DNA of 64,000 bases, taken from Gammaproteobacteria bacterium (GTDB taxonomy: Bacteria > Pseudomonadota > Gammaproteobacteria > Pseudomonadales > Pseudohongiellaceae). The position numbers and the translations under genes were made by a program. Below are positions 57,397 to 64,000 of this stretch, piece after piece. The notes under the pieces are model-generated. The model worked only from the letters and a program-made list of their open reading frames with translations, was not told the origin of the DNA and did not search any database. The first letter of the stretch is position 1, and every line of letters begins with the position of its first letter. The stretch spans positions 4,976-68,975 of the forward strand of contig JAPORB010000244.1 of assembly GCA_026710425.1 (NCBI GenBank), written 5' to 3'.

Positions 57397-58718
57397 CCTC
57401 TATCGTCCAGCAGTTCAGAAAGTCGCTATTTCTGCGGCTCCTGCTGATCTTTGGCTTCACTGTCATCAGTTTCTTTGTCATTATCTCGGTCTCCCTGCGG
57501 GTCATCAATCAGAACACCACCAGCATTGATACCATTCCCGACTTTTTCACACGCAATGTTGAGTCCATTATTGAGGATATTGGGACTCCGCCTAACCTTA
57601 GTAATGCCATGCGTCTCGCTGATGAGCTGGACTGGACCATAAACATCCGCAACCCAATCATGCGCTGGAGTTCGGACCCGGACTACCGCCTTAATGTTGA
57701 TGATTCCTCCTTCGACCGGCAGCTATCCACGGATGCAGAGGTTCGCACCGTCGATAATGAAGGCATTATCCATGTTAATCGCAGCGGATATGAGTTTTTC
57801 CTATATCCGCGGCTAAGAAGTGGCAACCGATTCAATACTCTGGTTTTTTATGTCGGCAGTGCTCTGGCCGTACTGGTTCTGTTCCTGAACTACTTCATGG
57901 TGAACCGATTACTGGCACCAGTCCGACTACTGCGCCGCGGTGTTGAGCGAATCGAGAAAGGCGAACTTGACTATCGGGTAGAAAGCACTCGCCAGGATGA
58001 GTTAGGCGAGCTGACAGAGAGCATCAATCACATGGCCGATTCCCTGCAGTCCATGCTGGAGGCTAAGCGACAACTGCTGCTGGCGATTAGCCATGAGCTG
58101 CGCACACCGATCACCAAGGCCAAACTTAGGCTAGAGTTTATGCCAACCAGCAGCGAAAAGGACCAACTGGCAGAGGATATTGATGAAATTGACCTGCTAA
58201 TTTCTGACTTGCTGGAAGCAGAGAGACTCAATAATCAACACGGGGTGTTGGCCGAGGAACCAGTGTATTTGGCCGAGTTTGTGGAAGGTGTCGCCTCGCA
58301 ATTTGATCGCTATGAAGGCGGCTTGCAGATAAGTATTCCAACTCAAGACCGGCAGTTCCTGATAGACCGGCTCCGCATTCGGCTGTTACTGACTAACTTG
58401 CTCAGTAATGCAATGCGTTACGGCAAAGATAACCCTATCCGAATATCCCTTACCTTCAACGGCAAAGTGGCAGTAATTGAAGTTATCGATCAGGGTGAAG
58501 GCATTGCCGAAGAACACCTTTCCAAAATCAGTGAACCTTTCTACCGACCTGACAGCTCCCGGCAGCGCAATACCGGTGGATTTGGCTTGGGGTTGTATCT
58601 GTGCCGCCTTATTGCAGAGGCTCACAAGGGAGAGTTGCTAATCACCAGCACACTGGGCAAAGGCACTCACATTACTGTGAAACTGCCAGCTTCTGAGCCT
58701 TTGCAGAAACCAGTGTGA
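57393..58718 (+). CDS. sensor histidine kinase (two TM helices, HAMP, HisKA, HATPase_c)
   Basis: H-box SHELRTPIT, N-box LLSNAMRYG, G1 DQGEGI and G2 GGFGLGL are present. The ATG overlaps the regulator's stop (GTGA). Confidence 0.85.
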   Translation: MTSIVQQFRKSLFLRLLLIFGFTVISFFVIISVSLRVINQNTTSIDTIPDFFTRNVESIIEDIGTPPNLSNAMRLADELDWTINIRNPIMRWSSDPDYRLNVDDSSFDRQLSTDAEVRTVDNEGIIHVNRSGYEFFLYPRLRSGNRFNTLVFYVGSALAVLVLFLNYFMVNRLLAPVRLLRRGVERIEKGELDYRVESTRQDELGELTESINHMADSLQSMLEAKRQLLLAISHELRTPITKAKLRLEFMPTSSEKDQLAEDIDEIDLLISDLLEAERLNNQHGVLAEEPVYLAEFVEGVASQFDRYEGGLQISIPTQDRQFLIDRLRIRLLLTNLLSNAMRYGKDNPIRISLTFNGKVAVIEVIDQGEGIAEEHLSKISEPFYRPDSSRQRNTGGFGLGLYLCRLIAEAHKGELLITSTLGKGTHITVKLPASEPLQKPV

Positions 58719-58732
58719 GTACCTTTACCCAA

Positions 58733-60814
58733 CTATTGGGCTGCATTTCGTCGGCGCACACGGGTAAAGTGAGCAAACAAGGCAATAATCGTCAGCAAGG
58801 CCGGAATCAGTGCCGTATTGATGGCTTTAAGATTGCTGCCTAGTCTATCGATCGACTCGGTCAGCTGAAACTGCACATCCCGCAAGCGCCGTCGAGTATC
58901 CATCAATTCCACATTGAAGCGATCAATCTCTTGCTGAATCTCAGGTGTAATTTGCCCCACAGGATTACCTTCCTCATCTTGGTTAAGCTGCGCCAGAGAC
59001 TCTTCGGTCGAAGCCATGCTTTGCAGCAATTCGGCTTCTTCTAGCCGTAAGCGATCATCAGCCTCCCGTTGCAGGTTAATCACTCGTGTGAAAGGGCGCG
59101 AGTAGGTCCCACGGCTACGAATACTTACCAGATCAGCACCACCGCTGAGATTGTCCAGGGTATTGATCAACAAATCACCGTTGTTGGCAAAGGGCTGGGG
59201 AATGCGCTGGCCAAAGAACTGGGTAAGCTGCACCCATAAGCGATCCAGCAAAAGGTCAGTATCGGCGAAGACCACAATTGTGACCGACTCTGTCGAACTG
59301 GCCAAATGAACCTCTTCATCGCTATCATTCTCAACCGATGCCTGTTCTTCTCCATTGACACCCTCCCCGCTGGCATCTTCTTCCGGTACATCTGCAGAGG
59401 TTGAAGAATCTTCCTCGGCTGCCGTAGAATCAGTTGCCTGCTCGTCCGCCACCAAGGAAGGCTCAATGGATTCAGTCTCAGAATTGGCGTTTTCAGGCTC
59501 AGAGCTCTGGTTTTCAGTTTCCTCGGCAACTGCCGGGCGCCCGTCTGGGAAGGCACTGTTGACCATACCGCTGATACGCGCAGCCACCACATGGCTTTCG
59601 TTGTCTGGCTCAAATTCATCAAACAGCACCGATGGATCAGTCACACTCTCCAGCAATATTCGGTTCATCAGCATGGAATCGGTTGAGGAAGTGATCAGCG
59701 GTTCAAACTGGGTTGTGGCATCTTCGGTCGGTGCAATCACTCCCGCCGATGAAAGGTTAATGGTCTCCAGATTACTGGTGATGATGTCCTCTTGAGCCAG
59801 GTACTGCCGTTGCACTCCCAGCATGCCCAAGTGTGGGACTGGTCGCTGTGATTGACTGACGCGAACCCGTAAAGCCAGTTCATTATCTGCAAGCACTTTG
59901 TCATCGATGTAGTCAATTCCCCAACTCTCTAACAATCCTGGCAGGCTGGAACTCATGCCTGCAGGAATCAATGCTCCCTGCGGCGAAAGCGACACCATGG
60001 AATCGGCATTTGGATCGAGAAACACCAGGGTTTCACCTCCGCGCATGACATGCTGGTCAATGGCATAGAGCAACTGCTCAGATAGATCCTGCGGATGGAT
60101 GACCATGAGAATATCCACATCCAGCTCAATTCGTTCCGCCGTGAGCGGGATACGCCGCACATCATATAATTGTCGCACCAGATCCATCACAAACCAAGGT
60201 TGAGTAGCTTGACCAAGGGATGGATTAAACCCACCATCGATTTCCAGCGGGGTGATCAATCCAACTGTTGTACGATCCGGATTGGAAGCATTCACAATCA
60301 GTTTCATGAACTCATATTCAAGAAACTGCTCTTGATCCGGCCTGACCAATGGCATGGTTTCAGTGGCTACCGACAGCAGTGAGTCTGATTCCTCAGGAGC
60401 CACCACCAGTCCAAAATAGATTTCCTGACCTCCCTGGCTTACCGGCACTGACTGAATACCATAACGGGTGGCAAGATCTTCTTCTTCGGAGAAGGGCTCT
60501 GGATCAATCACCTCAAGAGTCAAGTTGCCTTTGCTGGCAATCACTATCTCACTCAGCAGCTCCTGAACCCGGTTGCCATAAGCCCGAATCTGCGGTTCAT
60601 CCTCGGTGGCACTTTCGGAGTAGAAAAACATAAGCCGGAGCGGTTGTTCCAGATTAGTCACGATGGACCTGCTGCCTTCGGACAGTGTATAAAGTCGGTC
60701 TTGAGTCAGGTCAATGCGCAGACTAGGTAGTATGCTGATCATGGCCACAGCCATAATCAGTGCTAAGGCCATGGCTACCAACCCGGCTGGTGAAAATAGA
60801 AGTTTCCTGTTCAT
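58733..60814 (-). CDS. GldG-like auxiliary component of an ABC-2 transport system
   Basis: N- and C-terminal TM anchors flank a large extracytoplasmic domain, and the gene lies downstream of the ABC-2 permease and ATPase. I prefer ATG 60814 (MNRKLLFSPAG...), which removes the overlap with the permease gene. Confidence 0.7.
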   Translation of the reverse strand: MNRKLLFSPAGLVAMALALIMAVAMISILPSLRIDLTQDRLYTLSEGSRSIVTNLEQPLRLMFFYSESATEDEPQIRAYGNRVQELLSEIVIASKGNLTLEVIDPEPFSEEEDLATRYGIQSVPVSQGGQEIYFGLVVAPEESDSLLSVATETMPLVRPDQEQFLEYEFMKLIVNASNPDRTTVGLITPLEIDGGFNPSLGQATQPWFVMDLVRQLYDVRRIPLTAERIELDVDILMVIHPQDLSEQLLYAIDQHVMRGGETLVFLDPNADSMVSLSPQGALIPAGMSSSLPGLLESWGIDYIDDKVLADNELALRVRVSQSQRPVPHLGMLGVQRQYLAQEDIITSNLETINLSSAGVIAPTEDATTQFEPLITSSTDSMLMNRILLESVTDPSVLFDEFEPDNESHVVAARISGMVNSAFPDGRPAVAEETENQSSEPENANSETESIEPSLVADEQATDSTAAEEDSSTSADVPEEDASGEGVNGEEQASVENDSDEEVHLASSTESVTIVVFADTDLLLDRLWVQLTQFFGQRIPQPFANNGDLLINTLDNLSGGADLVSIRSRGTYSRPFTRVINLQREADDRLRLEEAELLQSMASTEESLAQLNQDEEGNPVGQITPEIQQEIDRFNVELMDTRRRLRDVQFQLTESIDRLGSNLKAINTALIPALLTIIALFAHFTRVRRRNAAQ

Positions 60815-60828
60815 TGGCTTTTCCTGCT

Positions 60829-61563
60829 CTAGTTGGCCTTCTTCATTTCGATCACTACGGCACTGGCCATTAGCCATAAAGCGATGAATACAGCAAAAAA
60901 CAGCAAGTCACGAATATCCAGTACGCCTTTGGAGATTGAGTCAAAATGCGTCAAAAAACCCATGGCAGAGAAGGCATCAACAAAAAATTGTGGCACCCAG
61001 GCAGGAAAGGCGTTGAGTAATATGGGGGATCCCAGTAGAACAAAGAGAAAACAGATTGATACTGTCAGTATGAATGCAATTACCGAGTTCCTGGTGCAGG
61101 CCGACATGCAGGAACCAATGGCCAGAAAACCGCCAGCCATGAACCAGCTTCCTAGATAGGCAGCCAGTATAACTCCGTTGTCTGGGTCACCCAGATAGTT
61201 GACTGTGATCCAAATGGGAAAGGTCAGCAACAAAGCGATCCCGGTGAGAGCCCAGGCGGCCAGAAACTTGCCCAATACCACATCGGAAAGTCGAACCGGC
61301 AAGGTCAGCAACAACTCAATCGTCCCGGTCTTGCGTTCATCCGCCCACAGGGTCATGGCGATAGCGGGAACCATGAACAGATAAAGCCAAGGATGAAAGC
61401 CGAAAAAGGGCAGTAGATCCGCCTGCCCCCTAATAAAGAAACCGCCCAGATCGAAAGTGAAGATGCCATTGGTGACCAAAAAAATAACCACAAAAACATA
61501 GGCCAGTGGTGTAGCAAAGTAGCTCATGAACTCACGCTGAAAAACGGTACCCAGATTCCCCAT
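60829..61563 (-). CDS. ABC-2 type transporter permease (GldF-like)
   Basis: 244 aa with six hydrophobic helices, adjacent to the ATPase gene with a 1-nt gap. Confidence 0.8.
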   Translation of the reverse strand: MGNLGTVFQREFMSYFATPLAYVFVVIFLVTNGIFTFDLGGFFIRGQADLLPFFGFHPWLYLFMVPAIAMTLWADERKTGTIELLLTLPVRLSDVVLGKFLAAWALTGIALLLTFPIWITVNYLGDPDNGVILAAYLGSWFMAGGFLAIGSCMSACTRNSVIAFILTVSICFLFVLLGSPILLNAFPAWVPQFFVDAFSAMGFLTHFDSISKGVLDIRDLLFFAVFIALWLMASAVVIEMKKAN

Positions 61564-61564
61564 G

Positions 61565-62497
61565 TCACACTCCCTCTGTCTGCTGTGTCACCGATCGAAA
61601 GACATCTTCCAGCTGACCGCGCTCTATATGGAATGCTGCGACAGGCCACTGTCGGTTTCGAGCAATGGACGAGACTTCGGAAAAGATGGATTGGTTGTGG
61701 TTAGCCAGTATGATATAGGTTCGTTCTGCGCCATCCACTTTTTCCACTGCTTCCACCGTAGTCAAATCAGCAAGATCTGCCTCCAAGTCATAGTCGGCAC
61801 TCAGTTGCACACTCACTGCTTGATGGTAGCGAGAGCGAGCTTCCAGTTCTGCTGGCGTGCCATCGGCCACGATTTTACCTTCGGCAATGATAATGGCACG
61901 ACTGCAGACAGCGGTGACCTCTTCCAGAATATGAGTTGAGATGATGACTATCCGATCTTTGGCCAAGTTCCTGATAAGCTCTCGCACGTGGTGCTTCTGA
62001 TTAGGATCCAAGCCATCAGTTGGCTCATCCAGAATCAGCACTTTGGGATCATGCATAATAGCTTGGGCCAGTCCTACCCGGCGCCTGAAACCCTTAGAAA
62101 GGGTCTCAATTGGTTGCTGAGTGACCCCTCCAAGTGCCACTTCGTCAATGACTCGGGAAACCTTCTCCTTTATCGTCTCACCCCTAAATCCTCGCACCCG
62201 GGCGATAAATCGGAGGAATTCGATGGTGGTCATTTCACCATAGGAAGGGGCACCTTCCGGCAAGTAACCAATAAGTGATTTTGCCTCGATTGGGTTGGTA
62301 ACAATGTCGTAACCATCGATGCTTACACTGCCGCCGCTGGGTGCGAGAAAGCCAGTGATGACCTTCATGGTAGTAGACTTACCTGCACCGTTGGGGCCAA
62401 GAAAACCCAAGACCTCACCCTCTTTCACCTCGAAACTCAGGTCATCAACAGCGACAAGCTGATCAAATTTTTTGGTCAGATTCTTTATCTTGATCAT
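61565..62497 (-). CDS. ABC transporter ATP-binding protein (GldA-like)
   Basis: The start is taken at ATG 62497 (MIKIKNLTKKF). Walker A GPNGAGKST, the signature variant LSKGFRRRV, Walker B LILDEPTDGLD and the H-loop ISTHIL are present. Confidence 0.9.
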   Translation of the reverse strand: MIKIKNLTKKFDQLVAVDDLSFEVKEGEVLGFLGPNGAGKSTTMKVITGFLAPSGGSVSIDGYDIVTNPIEAKSLIGYLPEGAPSYGEMTTIEFLRFIARVRGFRGETIKEKVSRVIDEVALGGVTQQPIETLSKGFRRRVGLAQAIMHDPKVLILDEPTDGLDPNQKHHVRELIRNLAKDRIVIISTHILEEVTAVCSRAIIIAEGKIVADGTPAELEARSRYHQAVSVQLSADYDLEADLADLTTVEAVEKVDGAERTYIILANHNQSIFSEVSSIARNRQWPVAAFHIERGQLEDVFRSVTQQTEGV

Positions 62498-64000
62498 GAT
62501 ATTTACTTCATGCCCGTAGCCAAATACACAACGGCCTAAGTCAAAGCCTGATATGTTCAAACAACAAATTCTACCTGAGCAGAACAATTGGTGCTCAGAA
62601 TATGATTCCGAAAGGTGGGGTTGGTCCAGTCGATTTTCAAGCCTTTTAGCAGGACATCGCAATTCACTGATTCAGTGGGTAATAGATTCTTATAATAATC
62701 AGCAACTCTGAACCAGACAATCTCTCTGAAAATATTTTAGAGTCCTATCAAATTTTACAGACCGAAACCCCCGTAAGCCACGAGATGGCATGCTTGAAAT
62801 CAAAAAATAGAAAATCTGAAGGAAAATTGGCTTAATACATAAGTCTCTACATAGCTGCTAATTCTACGGGGATCGGAGGTATGCTTCCAAGCTTTGTCCG
62901 CCTGTTGTAAATTTTACCTCAAGTAAGAATAAAGCGCGTCTATCGTGCTGCTGTGTTTCGCATAAATTTGGATCTTTGCAATAAACCAATGTTATGCTTG
63001 AAAAACCCTAAAGACTGAAGGTTTTATTTCAAAAAACGAGTAAGGTACGGCTTTTCGCAGAGTTTCGAAGTGATCGAGTGCTTTGTATTAGATGCAGAAT
63101 TTGAGTTGCGTATTCTAAAAATTCATTCGATTTTCCGACATATGCTATAGTAAAGACCATTCTCCACCGGATAGGAATCACATCGACCGCGAAATACACC
63201 AGCAAGCATTTATTTTACCAGAGAGTGTCCATAATTAAAGACCAACTGATCTATCTTGTTCAGCAATTCATTAGAGAATAAGGGTACATTGTAAGCAATC
63301 TTTTGCGATTCATGGTAAGTCTCATCAGCAACCGATTTATGTCTCATCATCTCACCCAATTCATGATAGCTGTTGGCCAAACCATGAAGTCGATCAAACT
63401 TGCAATCTGGACTTTGTTTCACCACTGCCATAACAAGTATGTTCAAGATATCCATGCCGAGACGACCCACGTCAAGATTCTTGTTCGTGTGCAAGTACTT
63501 CTTCAGAATATCGAAGACATCTTCTTTTTTCTAAATCTAAAGTTATTGCAAATCCAACAACACCTTCGGTTTATCGTTGCGGGACTTTGAAATAAGTTTG
63601 AAATCTGCAATCGCCTGCTGGCCAAGTTTGAGCAGGATCCCGCCTTAAAGCAGATTCAATTAGTCCCAAACCGTTGCGGTGTCCACTTCCGCCTCAAGTT
63701 CAGAATCAGTAAGATTCACGTCCTGCCCGAATTGAAGTACTTAAAGCTAGAGACAAGTGTCTGGAACTACCTTCCTTTCTCACCCCCGGTAAGCACCCTA
63801 ATGTTGCGTTCAATGTAGGTTTGGAGATATGGAGATAAATACAAATCTCGAGACGAGTAATCCCGCACATCACGCAGTTTCAAAAGTCCTGTTTCCAACA
63901 AACACTCAACGTGCTCTTGTGGCGACACGGCTTGGGCGCAATCCTTTTCAGCAAAGGAGAGTCCAAGCGGATTCAGCATGGCGATTCGGTCATACATCCA

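Overview
All calls come from reading the sequence and ORF translations and from motifs recalled from memory; no database search was run. This is a 64-kb chromosomal segment with gammaproteobacterial core synteny (trxA-rho-ubiD, hemC-hemD-hemX-hemY, argH, yrfG-hslR, gshA, dsbB, hemB). The many secreted or Tat-exported enzymes suggest a marine or environmental organism, but that is inference only. I support about 50 protein-coding genes, one tRNA-Pro(CGG) and three decayed gene remnants. I found no rRNA, CRISPR array, intact IS element or integrase.

The left ~33 kb is an accessory patchwork of periplasmic and oxidative catabolism. It holds a PQQ alcohol dehydrogenase, an amidase, two Tat-signal PLP enzymes, a Baeyer-Villiger monooxygenase and a complete tryptophan-tryptophylquinone (TTQ) amine dehydrogenase operon (mauB-E-D-A plus a monohaem cytochrome c). 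It also holds a sirtuin, an alkylsulfatase pseudogene, a CRTAC1-like FG-GAP protein, a family III CoA-transferase next to a long acyl-CoA dehydrogenase, a DUF885 lipoprotein, and a 1.4-kb high-GC block of dead gene fragments. The right ~30 kb is mostly housekeeping, interrupted by a low-GC insert carrying an AAA-ATPase/PD-(D/E)xK gene. It ends with a two-component system, a GldA/F/G-like ABC system and a decayed AT-rich patch.

The most notable observations are:
1. A DsbA/FrnE-family gene has an in-frame TGA exactly where the first Cys of its CxxC site should be, making it a candidate UxxC selenoprotein or a very recent nonsense mutation.
2. That gene is translationally coupled to an SDR look-alike carrying both halohydrin dehalogenase fingerprints.
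3. A low-GC HEPN-like module with an Rx4H motif is fused in frame to the 5' end of the acyl-CoA dehydrogenase.
4. Two PLP enzymes carry twin-arginine export signals.
5. The TTQ operon has no mauG or amicyanin gene in the window.
6. The PQQ dehydrogenase has the lanthanide-type D-x-D motif but no vicinal Cys pair.

None of these is demonstrated to be a new biological system; they are candidates for checking.
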